From Escherichia coli (GTDB lineage Bacteria > Pseudomonadota > Gammaproteobacteria > Enterobacterales > Enterobacteriaceae): 64,000 nucleotides of DNA. The DNA lies in assembly GCF_003334765.1 (NCBI RefSeq), contig NZ_QOWT01000003.1; one strand, written 5' to 3'. The position numbers and the translations under genes are program-made. The notes under the pieces are model-generated. The model made no database searches. It was not told the origin of the DNA and was given only the letters and a program-made list of their open reading frames with translations. Below, piece after piece: positions 1 to 11,931 of this stretch (position 1 is the stretch's first letter; every line of letters begins with the position of its first letter).

Positions 1-59
1 ATCGAACCAAGGACACGGGGATTTTCAATCCCCTGCTCTACCGACTGAGCTATCCGGGC
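1..59 (-). tRNA. pheV: tRNA-Phe, 5' part only (3' end lies beyond the window start)
   Basis: Reverse complement of 1-59 reads GCCCGGATAGCTCAGTCGGTAGAGCAGGGGATTGAAAATCCCCGTGTCCTTGGTTCGAT, i.e. acceptor stem, D-arm, GAA anticodon loop and start of T-arm of tRNA-Phe; lies next to yqgA as in E. coli. Confidence 0.9.
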
Positions 60-164
60 AACGGGGCGCATTAAACCTGATTCGCCTCGTCTCGTCAATC
101 AAATTTCTTCAATTTAGTGCAGACTGCACAATCTATCATCACTTTGCCGCTATTGCACACATTG

Positions 165-872
165 TCAGGCAAACCAGGCGGTCCAGGCGGCGGAAAGCGG
201 CATTGCCAGAAGGAGTGCTGGAAGCATGTTGACCACCGGGAACATTTTAATACCACAGATGCGTAATCCGGTTGCCAGCAGCAATAAACCGCCTACGGCG
301 CTGAAGTCTGCCATCATCGACGGTGTGGTCAGCGGTAATATCAGCGCGGCAGCCCACGCCAGTGTTAACTGGATGATCAGTAATGGAATGCTAATCACCG
401 ACACCGCAATACCCAGCGAGCAGGCGAAGATCATCGCCGTAAAGAAATCAAGAAATGACTTGGCGATTAAAATACTCGGATCGCCGGTCATCCCTTCGTT
501 CATCGCCCCGAAGATTCCGGTGCCGCTGGCGCAAAACAGAACAATAATCGCGACAAAATTCTGAATAAAAGATTCATGCGCTGGCTTCTTACGCGAGTGG
601 TGAAACAGATTATGCGCTTTGACGACCACTGTATTGACGCCTTTTTCCAGCAGACAAATTTCGCCGATTAATGCTCCGAGTAAGGTTGCTAAAACCATCG
701 CCGGAAGGTTGGCGCATTTCACCACCAGTAAAATACCAATCCCCAGCGATGCCAGACCAAAAATTGATGTCATGGAGACGCGGATACGTTCCGGTAAGCG
801 TTGGCTAAGGAGTGCGCCGAAAACGCCACCCAGTAAGACTGCACTTGCGTTGATAAAAGGGCCGATGACCAC
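165..872 (-). CDS. yqgA: DUF554 family inner membrane protein YqgA (235 aa)
   Basis: 235-aa hydrophobic ORF; position between pheV and speC matches E. coli. Confidence 0.85.
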   Translation of the reverse strand: MVIGPFINASAVLLGGVFGALLSQRLPERIRVSMTSIFGLASLGIGILLVVKCANLPAMVLATLLGALIGEICLLEKGVNTVVVKAHNLFHHSRKKPAHESFIQNFVAIIVLFCASGTGIFGAMNEGMTGDPSILIAKSFLDFFTAMIFACSLGIAVSVISIPLLIIQLTLAWAAALILPLTTPSMMADFSAVGGLLLLATGLRICGIKMFPVVNMLPALLLAMPLSAAWTAWFA

Positions 873-1270
873 AAGAGTTCCTGTTAGCTGTATTGTTTGA
901 TTTTCTTATTATGAACTTTTGGCGCCGTCGATGGCTTGTTTGTTCGCAAAGTCCTGGCTTGCACGCTTTAGCGAAAGGTGCCATGATTGCGCGAATTTTC
1001 TCCTCTCTGTACGGAGTTTGCCCGATGCACGCCACCTCCTTACATTCTCTCGCTTATCGCCGTTTTGCGCGAAACTCTTCTCTTTTTATGCTACTGCTCA
1101 TGCGGTGAAGTTAACGCACGCTCACTGCAGGACAACAGTAAAATCAGAGCGTTTCTGCTTTTACTGATGTCTGGTGGTCGGAGCTGGTGACCAGTTTGAC
1201 CCATATCTCATGGGGCAGGGTTTTCCACCTTGTCCGGTATTCTTACTTCCCCTAAACGGGTTTTGCGCTT

Positions 1271-3406
1271 ATGAAATCAATGAATATTGCCGCCAGTAGT
1301 GAACTGGTATCCCGACTTTCTACTCATCGCCGCGTGGTGGCGTTGGGAGATACTGATTTTACGGACGTCGCGGCAGTCGTCATTACCGCTGCGGATAGTC
1401 GCAGTGGCATTCTTGCGTTGCTTAAGCGCACCGGTTTTCATCTACCGGTGTTTTTGTATTCCGAACATGCTGTTGAATTACCTGCGGGCGTTACGGCGGT
1501 AATCAACGGCAACGAGCAGCAGTGGCTGGAGCTGGAATCCGCAGCCTGTCAGTATGAAGAGAATTTGCTGCCACCGTTTTATGACACGCTGACGCAGTAC
1601 GTTGAGATGGGTAATAGCACCTTTGCTTGCCCTGGACATCAACATGGTGCGTTCTTTAAAAAGCATCCTGCCGGACGCCATTTTTACGATTTCTTTGGCG
1701 AGAACATCTTTCGCGCCGATATGTGTAACGCTGACGTAAAATTGGGCGATCTGCTTATTCATGAAGGATCGGCGAAAGATGCGCAGAAATTTGCAGCCAA
1801 AGTCTTTCATGCCGATAAAACCTATTTTGTGCTGAACGGCACATCGGCAGCGAATAAAGTGGTGACGAATGCGCTGTTAACGCGTGGCGATCTGGTGCTC
1901 TTCGACCGTAACAACCATAAGTCGAATCATCATGGCGCGTTGATTCAGGCGGGGGCGACGCCGGTCTATCTGCAAGCTTCACGTAACCCGTTTGGTTTCA
2001 TTGGCGGTATTGATGCGCACTGTTTTAATGAAGAGTATCTGCGCCAGCAAATTCGCGACGTTGCGCCAGAAAAAGCCGACCTGCCGCGCCCGTTTCGCCT
2101 GGCGATTATTCAGCTGGGAACCTATGACGGCACTGTCTATAACGCCCGTCAGGTGATCGATACCGTTGGGCATCTGTGTGATTACATTCTGTTTGATTCC
2201 GCGTGGGTCGGTTACGAACAGTTTATCCCGATGATGGCGGATAGCTCGCCGCTGCTGTTAGAACTTAACGAAAACGATCCGGGGATCTTTGTGACTCAGT
2301 CGGTGCACAAACAGCAGGCGGGATTCTCACAGACGTCGCAGATCCATAAAAAAGATAACCATATCCGTGGACAGGCGCGTTTTTGCCCACATAAGCGGTT
2401 GAATAATGCCTTTATGCTCCATGCTTCTACCAGCCCGTTCTATCCGCTGTTCGCCGCCCTGGACGTTAACGCCAAAATTCATGAAGGGGAGAGTGGGCGT
2501 CGGCTGTGGGCTGAGTGCGTTGAGTTGGGTATTGAGTCGCGCAAGGCTATTCTTACGCGCTGTAAGCTGTTCCGCCCGTTTATCCCGCCCGTTGTTGATG
2601 GCAAATTGTGGCAGGATTATCCGACGTCAGTGTTAGCCAGCGACCGCCGTTTTTTCAGTTTTGAGCCGGGGGCGAATTGGCACGGCTTTGAAGGATATGC
2701 CGCGGATCAGTATTTTGTTGATCCGTGCAAGCTGTTACTCACCACGCCGGGTATCGATGCCGAAACCGGCGAATATAGCGACTTTGGCGTTCCGGCGACG
2801 ATTCTGGCGCACTACCTGCGTGAGAACGGCATTGTGCCGGAGAAGTGCGATCTCAACTCCATTCTGTTCTTATTAACTCCGGCGGAAAGCCACGAGAAGC
2901 TGGCACAACTGGTGGCGATGCTGGCGCAGTTTGAACAGCATATTGAGGATGATTCGCCGCTGGCTGAGGTGTTGCCGAGCGTTTATAACAAATATCCGGT
3001 GCGCTATCGCGACTACACCCTGCGCCAGTTGTGTCAGGAGATGCACGATTTGTATGTCAGTTTCGACGTCAAAGACCTACAAAAAGCGATGTTCCGCCAG
3101 CAGAGTTTCCCGTCAGTGGTGATGAATCCCCAGGATGCGCATAGCGCTTATATTCGCGGTGAAGTGGAGTTGGTGCGGATTCGTGATGCCGAAGGGCGAA
3201 TTGCGGCAGAAGGGGCGTTGCCTTATCCACCTGGCGTGCTTTGCGTGGTACCCGGGGAAGTCTGGGGTGGGGCGGTTCAACGTTATTTCCTTGCGCTGGA
3301 AGAAGGCGTGAATTTGTTGCCGGGATTTTCGCCGGAGTTGCAAGGTGTCTATAGCGAAACCGATGCGGATGGCATGAAACGGTTGTACGGTTATGTGTTG
3401 AAGTAA
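1271..3406 (+). CDS. speC: ornithine decarboxylase, biosynthetic (711 aa)
   Basis: ORF translation MKSMNIAASSELVSRL... 711 aa, recognised as SpeC. Confidence 0.95.
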   Translation: MKSMNIAASSELVSRLSTHRRVVALGDTDFTDVAAVVITAADSRSGILALLKRTGFHLPVFLYSEHAVELPAGVTAVINGNEQQWLELESAACQYEENLLPPFYDTLTQYVEMGNSTFACPGHQHGAFFKKHPAGRHFYDFFGENIFRADMCNADVKLGDLLIHEGSAKDAQKFAAKVFHADKTYFVLNGTSAANKVVTNALLTRGDLVLFDRNNHKSNHHGALIQAGATPVYLQASRNPFGFIGGIDAHCFNEEYLRQQIRDVAPEKADLPRPFRLAIIQLGTYDGTVYNARQVIDTVGHLCDYILFDSAWVGYEQFIPMMADSSPLLLELNENDPGIFVTQSVHKQQAGFSQTSQIHKKDNHIRGQARFCPHKRLNNAFMLHASTSPFYPLFAALDVNAKIHEGESGRRLWAECVELGIESRKAILTRCKLFRPFIPPVVDGKLWQDYPTSVLASDRRFFSFEPGANWHGFEGYAADQYFVDPCKLLLTTPGIDAETGEYSDFGVPATILAHYLRENGIVPEKCDLNSILFLLTPAESHEKLAQLVAMLAQFEQHIEDDSPLAEVLPSVYNKYPVRYRDYTLRQLCQEMHDLYVSFDVKDLQKAMFRQQSFPSVVMNPQDAHSAYIRGEVELVRIRDAEGRIAAEGALPYPPGVLCVVPGEVWGGAVQRYFLALEEGVNLLPGFSPELQGVYSETDADGMKRLYGYVLK

Positions 3407-3410
3407 GAAT

Positions 3411-3446
3411 AAAAAAACGGGTCACCTTCTGGCGACCCGTTTTTCT
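3411..3446. terminator. bidirectional rho-independent terminator shared by convergent speC and nupG
   Basis: AAAAACGGGTCACC-TTCT-GGCGACCCGTTTTT hairpin flanked by A-run and T-run. Confidence 0.8.
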
Positions 3447-3454
3447 TTGCGTAA

Positions 3455-4711
3455 TTAGTGGCTAACCGTCTGTGTACCTGTCGGGACACGAACGTGTTTA
3501 TATTTGAACATCGCCATGAACGCGAAGGCCAGAACCACGGAGTAACCTGCGAAAATCAGCCATACGGTCTGCCAGTCGGTAATGCCGTTTTGGGTGTACA
3601 TCTCAACCACTTTACCGCTCACGATGCCGCCGAGGATACAGCCGAAGCCGTTGGTCATCATCAGGAACATCCCCTGCGCGCTGGCGCGAATTGCCGGGCT
3701 AACTTCTTTTTCGACAAACACCGAACCAGAGATGTTGAAGAAGTCGAATGCGCAACCGTAAACGATCATCGACAGTACCAGCAGTACAGTACCGAACGGA
3801 GTCGGGTCGCCGTAAGCAAACAGAGCAAAACGCAGGATCCACGCCACAATACTGATCATCATTACGTTCTTAATACCGTAGCGGCTTAAGAAGAACGGGA
3901 TGGTCAGAATGAACAGGGTTTCAGAGATCTGCGAAATCGACATGATGATTGACGCATGCTGCACGATGAAGCTGCTGGCAAACATCGGATCTTTGTCGAA
4001 GCTGTGCAGGAAGGTATTACCGAACATGTTGGTAATCTGCAGTTCCGCGCCCAGCAGCATTGAGAAGATGAAGAAGATTGCCATGCGCTTGTTTTTAAAC
4101 AGAGCGAATGCATCGAGGCCCAGCAGGGTTGTCCAGCTCTGATTCGCTTGCTGTTTAGCAACCGGAATATGCGGCAGAGTCAGGGTAAACAGAACCAGAA
4201 TGGCGGAAAGCGCTGCGCCAATATACAGCTGCATGTGGCTTAATTCGAAGCCGGACAGGCTCACCACCCACATTGCCATGATAAAGCCGATGGTGCCCCA
4301 GATACGGATTGGCGGGAAGTCAGTAACGATATCCATCCCGGCATTTTGCAGGCGATAGTAAGAGATGGTGTTGATTAACCCAAGCGTTGGCATATAAGCA
4401 AACGAGTTAATCAATATCACAAGGAACATCGCCTCCGGCGTAGTGACCTCTGCCGCCATGAACAGCGTGATAGCGCCAATGGTGTGGCAAATGGCATAGA
4501 CCCATTTCGCACTTAACCATTTGTCGGCCACAATCCCCAGCAGCGCAGGCATAAAGACCGCGGCGATACCCAGTGAGCTATAAACTGCGCCGATAGAAGC
4601 ACCGTCAAACTTCAGGGTAACAAACATATAGGAGCCGAGGGTCGTCAGCCAACTTCCCCACAGACAGAACTGCAGAAAAGAGAGGATTTTCAGCTGCAGC
4701 TTAAGATTCAT
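3455..4711 (-). CDS. nupG: nucleoside:H+ symporter NupG (418 aa)
   Basis: ORF track 3455..4759; known protein starts MNLKLQLKILSFLQF 16 codons downstream of the ORF start; GAGGAA RBS upstream of that ATG. Confidence 0.93.
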   Translation of the reverse strand: MNLKLQLKILSFLQFCLWGSWLTTLGSYMFVTLKFDGASIGAVYSSLGIAAVFMPALLGIVADKWLSAKWVYAICHTIGAITLFMAAEVTTPEAMFLVILINSFAYMPTLGLINTISYYRLQNAGMDIVTDFPPIRIWGTIGFIMAMWVVSLSGFELSHMQLYIGAALSAILVLFTLTLPHIPVAKQQANQSWTTLLGLDAFALFKNKRMAIFFIFSMLLGAELQITNMFGNTFLHSFDKDPMFASSFIVQHASIIMSISQISETLFILTIPFFLSRYGIKNVMMISIVAWILRFALFAYGDPTPFGTVLLVLSMIVYGCAFDFFNISGSVFVEKEVSPAIRASAQGMFLMMTNGFGCILGGIVSGKVVEMYTQNGITDWQTVWLIFAGYSVVLAFAFMAMFKYKHVRVPTGTQTVSH

Positions 4712-4828
4712 GTTAATTTCCTCACATCGTGATGCGGATGAGTGTTTGAAAAAGCACATTTGACCGTGCGAGATGATGCGATTCTATCAACTTCGCGGAC
4801 TGGTTTTTTGTTACCTGTGGCAAATAAT

Positions 4829-4874
4829 TGCAAACATTCCCAATTTGCAAAACGAAATTGTGATGTGGATAACA
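4829..4874 (-). promoter_or_regulatory. nupG control region: CytR-type TTGCAAA-N9-TTTGCAA inverted repeat (4829-4850) and CRP-like TGTGA-N6-TAACA (4859-4874)
   Basis: motifs read directly in sequence about 120-160 nt upstream of the nupG start; nupG is known to be CRP/CytR regulated. Confidence 0.5.
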
Positions 4875-4912
4875 TTTTTACCCCTGGGCATCGTCAGGGG
4901 CGGTTAGTGGAA

Positions 4913-6019
<1,107 letters not shown>

Positions 6020-6056
6020 TTATGCAAGTTGCCGGAGGCGTGCTCCGGCACTGTTT

Positions 6057-6335
<279 letters not shown>

Positions 6336-6359
6336 TCATCCTCTTTATCGACTCACGCG

Positions 6360-7412
6360 CTAAACCGGCGCGCCAGTGCGTAACTGCTGTAACAAACGCT
6401 CCACGGGAGCCGCCAGGCCAACTGACGGCGGTTGCGCTAAGTTATACCAGAGCGCATTGTCTTCATCCATGCAGCCGATGAATGACGACACGGGAAGCCA
6501 CATAGGCACAATATCTAAGTGGAAATGGCTGAAGGTATGCCGAAACGCTGTCAGCTGTGTCAGGTTATCGGCAGCAATCTGCCGTTGCGCCAGCCACTGC
6601 CGCAAACTTTCTTCATCGGCAAACTGCGGGAAACAGTATAAACCGCCCCACAATCCGCTCGGCGGACGCTGCGCCAGCAATACTTCATCTTCGTGCTGTA
6701 ACAGCAAAAAGTAGCCGGTGCGCTCTGGCAGCGTCTGTTTCGGTTTTTTGCCCGGATAAAGCGACCAGCTATTGTTGGCGGCGGCAATACATCCGTTTTG
6801 TAGCGGACAGAGCGAGCATTTCGGCTTAGAGCGCGTACAAATCATCGCGCCCAAATCCATCATCGCCTGATTAAACCGCTCCACGCCGACCGCGGGCGTC
6901 ACCTGCTCGCTCAAACTCCACAGTTTATTCTCGACCTCTTTTTTCCCAGGCCAGCCGCTTACAGCATAGCAGCGCGCCAGCACCCGTTTGACGTTACCGT
7001 CGAGAATCGGAAAGTGCTTACCTAGAGAAAGCGAGAGAATCGCGCCTGCGGTGGAACGCCCGACGCCCGGTAACGCCGCGACTTCTTCAAAGGTTTCCGG
7101 GAATTTACCGCCGTGTAAGGTCGCCACTTGTTGTGCCGCTTTATGCAGATTGCGCGCGCGGGCGTAATAGCCAAGCCCGGTCCACAAGTGGAGAACTTCG
7201 TCGAGCGGCGCATTGGCGAGATCGGTCACCGTTGGGAAGCGCGCCATAAAGCGTTCAAAATAGGGGATAACGGTCGCAACCTGAGTTTGTTGCAACATCA
7301 CTTCTGAGAGCCATACTTTGTAGGGCGTCTTGTCAATTTGCCAGGGCAGCGTTTTCCGCCCGTATTTATCGTACCAGTCCAGAACCTGGGCTGAAAATTG
7401 CGACGCTTGCAT
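6360..7412 (-). CDS. mutY: adenine DNA glycosylase MutY (350 aa)
   Basis: known start [20 protein letters not shown] is 10 codons inside ORF 6360..7442. Confidence 0.95.
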   Translation of the reverse strand: MQASQFSAQVLDWYDKYGRKTLPWQIDKTPYKVWLSEVMLQQTQVATVIPYFERFMARFPTVTDLANAPLDEVLHLWTGLGYYARARNLHKAAQQVATLHGGKFPETFEEVAALPGVGRSTAGAILSLSLGKHFPILDGNVKRVLARCYAVSGWPGKKEVENKLWSLSEQVTPAVGVERFNQAMMDLGAMICTRSKPKCSLCPLQNGCIAAANNSWSLYPGKKPKQTLPERTGYFLLLQHEDEVLLAQRPPSGLWGGLYCFPQFADEESLRQWLAQRQIAADNLTQLTAFRHTFSHFHLDIVPMWLPVSSFIGCMDEDNALWYNLAQPPSVGLAAPVERLLQQLRTGAPV

Positions 7413-7572
7413 GGTCACCGAATTCACTGTTGTTGGGGGCAAGATTGCAGCACAGCGACGGCAGGGTGTAAACCGGAACTTTCCGCAGCCACGGCCTTAT
7501 CATGCTTGCATCCGGCAACTAACTTTGGATAATGCCCGTTTTCAGAACACTTTCACAAGCGACTAAATCTTT

Positions 7573-8292
7573 ATGAAAAACGACGTCATCTCACCGGAAT
7601 TTGATGAAAACGGCCGCCCGCTGCGCCGTATCCGTAGTTTTGTGCGCCGCCAGGGGCGACTGACCAAAGGCCAGGAACATGCGCTGGAAAACTACTGGCC
7701 GGTGATGGGCGTTGAGTTCAGCGAAGATATGCTGGATTTCCCTGCGCTTTTTGGCCGTGAAGCGCCGGTGACGCTTGAGATTGGTTTTGGCATGGGCGCG
7801 TCGCTGGTGGCAATGGCTAAAGATCGCCCCGAGCAGGACTTCCTCGGCATTGAAGTGCATTCACCGGGCGTTGGTGCGTGCCTGTCTTCTGCGCATGAAG
7901 AGGGCTTAAGCAACCTGCGCGTGATGTGTCACGATGCGGTTGAAGTGCTGCATAAAATGATTCCTGACAATTCATTGCGCATGGTGCAGCTCTTTTTCCC
8001 TGACCCGTGGCACAAAGCGCGCCATAATAAACGCCGTATCGTTCAGGTGCCGTTTGCCGAGCTGGTAAAAAGCAAACTGCAGCTGGGGGGCATATTCCAT
8101 ATGGCGACCGACTGGGAACCTTATGCGGAACATATGCTTGAAGTGATGTCTTCTATTGACGGTTATAAAAACCTGTCAGAGAGCAATGATTACGTACCGC
8201 GTCCGGCATCACGTCCGGTGACGAAATTTGAACAACGTGGTCATCGTCTTGGTCACGGAGTATGGGACTTAATGTTCGAGAGGGTGAAATAA
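7573..8292 (+). CDS. trmB: tRNA (guanine46-N7)-methyltransferase (239 aa)
   Basis: [31 protein letters not shown]... recognised. Confidence 0.95.
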   Translation: MKNDVISPEFDENGRPLRRIRSFVRRQGRLTKGQEHALENYWPVMGVEFSEDMLDFPALFGREAPVTLEIGFGMGASLVAMAKDRPEQDFLGIEVHSPGVGACLSSAHEEGLSNLRVMCHDAVEVLHKMIPDNSLRMVQLFFPDPWHKARHNKRRIVQVPFAELVKSKLQLGGIFHMATDWEPYAEHMLEVMSSIDGYKNLSESNDYVPRPASRPVTKFEQRGHRLGHGVWDLMFERVK

Positions 8293-8618
8293 TGGCAAAG
8301 AACCGTAGCCGTCGTCTGCGTAAAAAAATGCACATCGACGAATTCCAGGAATTAGGATTTTCGGTGGCATGGCGATTCCCGGAAGGTACATCGGAAGAAC
8401 AGATTGATAAAACCGTTGATGACTTTATTAACGAGGTTATCGAACCGAACAAACTGGCCTTTGACGGCAGCGGTTATCTGGCCTGGGAAGGTCTGATCTG
8501 CATGCAGGAAATCGGCAAATGCACCGAAGAACATCAGGCGATTGTGCGTAAGTGGCTGGAAGAACGCAAACTGGAAGAGGTACGCACCAGCGAACTTTTC
8601 GACGTTTGGTGGGACTAA
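8292..8618 (+). CDS. yggL: DUF469 protein YggL (108 aa)
   Basis: [29 protein letters not shown]...; start overlaps trmB stop by 1 nt. Confidence 0.9.
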   Translation: MAKNRSRRLRKKMHIDEFQELGFSVAWRFPEGTSEEQIDKTVDDFINEVIEPNKLAFDGSGYLAWEGLICMQEIGKCTEEHQAIVRKWLEERKLEEVRTSELFDVWWD

Positions 8619-8650
8619 GAAAGCATACGGGCGATGACAAATGCAAAACT

Positions 8651-8730
8651 GCCTGATGTGCTACGCTTATCAGGCCTATAAAGATGCACGATCGAGTAGG
8701 CTGGATAAGGCGTTTACGCCGCATCCGGCA
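8651..8730. repeat. REP/BIME pair (two inverted REP units)
   Basis: GCCTGATGTGCTACGCTTATCAGGCCTA and TAGGCTGGATAAGGCGTTTACGCCGCATCCGGCA, canonical E. coli REP palindromes. Confidence 0.85.
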
Positions 8731-8801
8731 TGGAAAACGCGCACTTTGTTATCAATCTGGGGCCAGCAAATGCTGGCCTGATTTGTTCTTGAGGGAAGAC
8801 T

Positions 8802-9521
8802 ATGATGCGCAAAATGCTGCTGGCGGCAGCACTTTCAGTGACGGCAATGACCGCTCACGCCGACTACCAGTGCAGCGTCACGCCGCGTGACGATGTGATT
8901 GTCAGCCCGCAAACCGTGCAGGTGAAGGGCGAAAACGGCAATCTGGTGATCACGCCAGACGGCAACGTGATGTATAACGGTAAGCAATATTCCCTGAATG
9001 CCGCCCAGCGCGAGCAGGCGAAGGATTATCAGGCTGAACTACGTAGCACCCTGCCGTGGATTGATGAAGGCGCGAAAAGCCGCGTCGAGAAAGCCCGTAT
9101 TGCGCTGGATAAAATTATCGTTCAGGAGATGGGCGAAAGCAGCAAAATGCGCAGCCGTCTGACCAAACTTGATGCGCAGCTGAAAGAGCAGATGAACCGC
9201 ATTATCGAAACGCGCAGCGATGGCCTGACGTTTCACTATAAAGCCATTGATCAGGTTCGTGCCGAAGGCCAGCAATTAGTGAATCAGGCAATGGGCGGAA
9301 TTTTACAGGACAGCATTAATGAAATGGGCGCGAAAGCGGTGCTGAAAAGCGGCGGTAACCCATTACAGAACGTGCTGGGAAGCCTGGGCGGTCTGCAATC
9401 CTCAATCCAAACAGAGTGGAAAAAGCAGGAAAAAGATTTCCAGCAGTTTGGCAAAGATGTTTGTAGCCGCGTTGTGACTCTGGAAGATAGCCGCAAAGCC
9501 CTGGTCGGGAATTTAAAATAA
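8802..9521 (+). CDS. yggN: DUF2884 family periplasmic protein YggN (239 aa)
   Basis: 239-aa ORF with signal peptide MMRKMLLAAALSVTAMTAHA; position between yggL and ansB. Confidence 0.85.
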   Translation: MMRKMLLAAALSVTAMTAHADYQCSVTPRDDVIVSPQTVQVKGENGNLVITPDGNVMYNGKQYSLNAAQREQAKDYQAELRSTLPWIDEGAKSRVEKARIALDKIIVQEMGESSKMRSRLTKLDAQLKEQMNRIIETRSDGLTFHYKAIDQVRAEGQQLVNQAMGGILQDSINEMGAKAVLKSGGNPLQNVLGSLGGLQSSIQTEWKKQEKDFQQFGKDVCSRVVTLEDSRKALVGNLK

Positions 9522-9559
9522 TCCTCTATTTTAAGACGGCATAATACTTTTTTATGCCG

Positions 9560-9696
9560 TTTAATTCTTCGTTTTGTTACCTGCCTCTAACTTTGTAGAT
9601 CTCCAAAATATATTCACGTTGTAAATTGTTTAACGTCAAATTTCCCATACAAAGCTAAGGGATAATGCGTAGCGTTCACGTAACTGGAGGAATGAA
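9560..9696 (+). promoter_or_regulatory. ansB promoter region (CRP/FNR co-activated in E. coli)
   Basis: AT-rich region with TTGT...ACGTCAAA-like half-sites upstream of ansB; exact sites not resolved by eye. Confidence 0.4.
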
Positions 9697-10743
9697 ATGG
9701 AGTTTTTCAAAAAGACGGCACTTGCCGCACTGGTTATGGGTTTTAGTGGTGCAGCATTGGCATTACCCAATATCACCATTTTAGCAACCGGCGGGACCAT
9801 TGCCGGTGGTGGTGACTCCGCAACCAAATCTAACTACACAGCGGGTAAAGTTGGCGTAGAAAATCTGGTTAATGCGGTGCCGCAACTGAAGGACATTGCG
9901 AACGTTAAAGGCGAGCAGGTAGTGAATATTGGCTCCCAGGACATGAACGATGATGTCTGGCTGACACTGGCGAAAAAAATTAACACCGACTGCGATAAAA
10001 CTGACGGCTTCGTCATTACCCACGGTACCGACACGATGGAAGAAACCGCTTACTTCCTCGACCTGACGGTGAAATGCGACAAACCGGTGGTGATGGTCGG
10101 TGCAATGCGCCCGTCCACGTCTATGAGCGCAGACGGTCCATTCAACCTGTATAACGCGGTAGTGACCGCAGCTGATAAAGCCTCCGCTAATCGTGGCGTA
10201 CTGGTAGTGATGAACGACACCGTGCTTGATGGCCGTGGTGTCACCAAAACCAACACCACCGACGTAGCGACCTTCAAGTCTGTTAACTACGGTCCTCTGG
10301 GTTACATTCACAACGGTAAGATTGACTACCAACGTACCCCGGTACGTAAGCACACCAGCGACACGCCGTTCGATGTCTCTAAGCTGAATGAACTGCCGAA
10401 AGTCGGCATTGTTTATAACTACGCTAACGCATCCGATCTTCCGGCTAAAGCACTGGTAGATGCGGGCTATGATGGCATCGTTAGCGCTGGCGTGGGTAAC
10501 GGCAACCTGTATAAAACCGTATTTGACACCCTTGCAACCGCTGCGAAAAACGGCACTGCAGTAGTGCGTTCTTCCCGCGTACCGACGGGCGCTACCACTC
10601 AGGATGCCGAAGTGGATGATGCGAAATACGGCTTCGTCGCCTCTGGCACGTTGAACCCGCAAAAAGCGCGCGTTCTGCTGCAACTGGCTCTGACGCAAAC
10701 TAAAGATCCGCAGCAGATCCAGCAGATCTTCAATCAGTACTAA
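9697..10743 (+). CDS. ansB: L-asparaginase II, periplasmic (348 aa)
   Basis: MEFFKKTALAALVMGFSGAALALPNITILATGGTIAGGG...; carries the residues I recall as K-12-type (A27, D64, T252, N263 of the mature protein). Confidence 0.97.
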   Translation: MEFFKKTALAALVMGFSGAALALPNITILATGGTIAGGGDSATKSNYTAGKVGVENLVNAVPQLKDIANVKGEQVVNIGSQDMNDDVWLTLAKKINTDCDKTDGFVITHGTDTMEETAYFLDLTVKCDKPVVMVGAMRPSTSMSADGPFNLYNAVVTAADKASANRGVLVVMNDTVLDGRGVTKTNTTDVATFKSVNYGPLGYIHNGKIDYQRTPVRKHTSDTPFDVSKLNELPKVGIVYNYANASDLPAKALVDAGYDGIVSAGVGNGNLYKTVFDTLATAAKNGTAVVRSSRVPTGATTQDAEVDDAKYGFVASGTLNPQKARVLLQLALTQTKDPQQIQQIFNQY

Positions 10744-10747
10744 TCAC

Positions 10748-10778
10748 TTCGCCCCGGTATCGTGCCGGGGCTTATTCA
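10748..10778 (+). terminator. ansB terminator hairpin
   Basis: GCCCCGGTATCGTGCCGGGGC stem-loop followed by TTATT. Confidence 0.6.
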
Positions 10779-10859
10779 CTTCAGACTCACGTCCATTGCC
10801 AATTTTTATTACCCTAATGATAATCACCGGAATAAATTATTCCGCGCGAGGGTTTTCGG

Positions 10860-11867
10860 GTGAAAAAGCAATGGATTGTTGGTACGGCGCTGTTTATGTT
10901 GATGACTGGTAATGTCCGGGCAGATGGTGAACCGCCAACTGAAAATATCTTAAAAGATCAATTCAAAAAGCAGTATCACGGCATTCTCAAGCTTGATGTC
11001 ATCACCTTAAAAAATCTTGATGCTAAGGGTAATCAGGCCACCTGGTCAGCGGAAGGCGATGTCTCTTCCAGTGACGATCTCTATACCTGGGTCGGTCAGT
11101 TGGCAGATTACGAGCTGCTCGAACAGACCTGGACGAAAGATAAACCGGTGAAATTCTCGGCGATGTTAACCAGTAAAGGAACGCCCGCGTCTGGCTGGTC
11201 GGTGAACTTTTACTCTTTTCAGGCGGCAGCCAGCGATCGTGGGCGGGTGGTTGACGATATCAAAACCAATAATAAATATCTGATCGTGAATAGCGAAGAT
11301 TTCAATTATCGCTTTAGTCAGCTTGAGTCTGCGTTGAATAACCAGAATAACTCGATTCCTGCACTGAAAAAGGATGTAAAAGCGCTTGATAAGCAAATGG
11401 TGGCGGCGCAGAAAGCAGCGGATGCATATTGGGGAAAAGATGCAAACGGTAAGCAAATGACCCGCGAAGACGCCTTTAAAAAAATTCACCAACAGCGTGA
11501 TGATTTTAATAAACAGAACGATAGTGAGGCGTTCGCGGTTAAATATGACAAAGAGGTTTATCAACCGGCGATTGCGGCATGTCATAAACAGAGTGAAGAG
11601 TGTTATGAAGTGCCAATTCAGCAGAAACGAGATTTTGATATCAATGAACAACGGCGACAGACTTTTCTGCAATCACAAAAACTTAGCCGTAAATTGCAGG
11701 ATGACTGGATAACGCTCGAAAAAGGGCAATATCCGTTAACGATGAAAGTTTCAGAAATAAACAGTAAAAAAGTCACGATTTTGATGAAAATTGACGATAT
11801 CAACCAGGCTAATGAACGCTGGAAAAAAGATACCGAACAATTGCGGCGCAATGGGGTGATTAAGTAA
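10860..11867 (+). CDS. yggM: DUF1202 family protein YggM (335 aa), GTG start
   Basis: 335-aa secreted ORF; synteny ansB-yggM-hemW. Confidence 0.85.
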   Translation: MKKQWIVGTALFMLMTGNVRADGEPPTENILKDQFKKQYHGILKLDVITLKNLDAKGNQATWSAEGDVSSSDDLYTWVGQLADYELLEQTWTKDKPVKFSAMLTSKGTPASGWSVNFYSFQAAASDRGRVVDDIKTNNKYLIVNSEDFNYRFSQLESALNNQNNSIPALKKDVKALDKQMVAAQKAADAYWGKDANGKQMTREDAFKKIHQQRDDFNKQNDSEAFAVKYDKEVYQPAIAACHKQSEECYEVPIQQKRDFDINEQRRQTFLQSQKLSRKLQDDWITLEKGQYPLTMKVSEINSKKVTILMKIDDINQANERWKKDTEQLRRNGVIK

Positions 11868-11889
11868 TTTTTGCGATGACGCAAGAGTT

Positions 11890-11924
11890 GTAGCCGGATG
11901 TTGCGTACACGCCGCATCCGGCAA
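11890..11924. repeat. single REP-like palindrome
   Basis: GTAGCCGGATGTTGCGTACACGCCGCATCCGGCA. Confidence 0.7.
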
Positions 11925-11931
11925 TACAAAT

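Noticed and set aside
893-1190. Three overlapping 67-82 aa ORFs in the yqgA-speC intergenic region
   Set aside because: Overlapping frames without RBS, in a divergent promoter region; no coding signal
3455-4759. Upstream-extended start codons given by the ORF track for nupG, mutY, yggR, ruvX, yqgE, rsmE, sprT, galP, metK, speA, loiP, tktA, epd, pgk, fbaA, scpB, scpA, argP, rpiA and pepP
   Set aside because: In each case the recognised protein begins at an internal Met with a better RBS and/or a start-stop overlap with the upstream gene; the longer forms are longest-ORF artefacts
8684-8890. 68-aa ORF across the REP pair and yggN start
   Set aside because: REP-derived sequence and overlaps the genuine yggN start region
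9781-10698. 305-aa antisense ORF inside ansB, and similar long antisense ORFs inside fbaA (40731-41705), pgk (39431-40129), pepP (57591-58295), mltC (5423-6121), speA (25026-25652) and yggF (35783-36361)
   Set aside because: All lie fully within and opposite confidently identified genes, have Arg/Ser/Pro-rich low-complexity translations and no start-site signals; treated as frame artefacts
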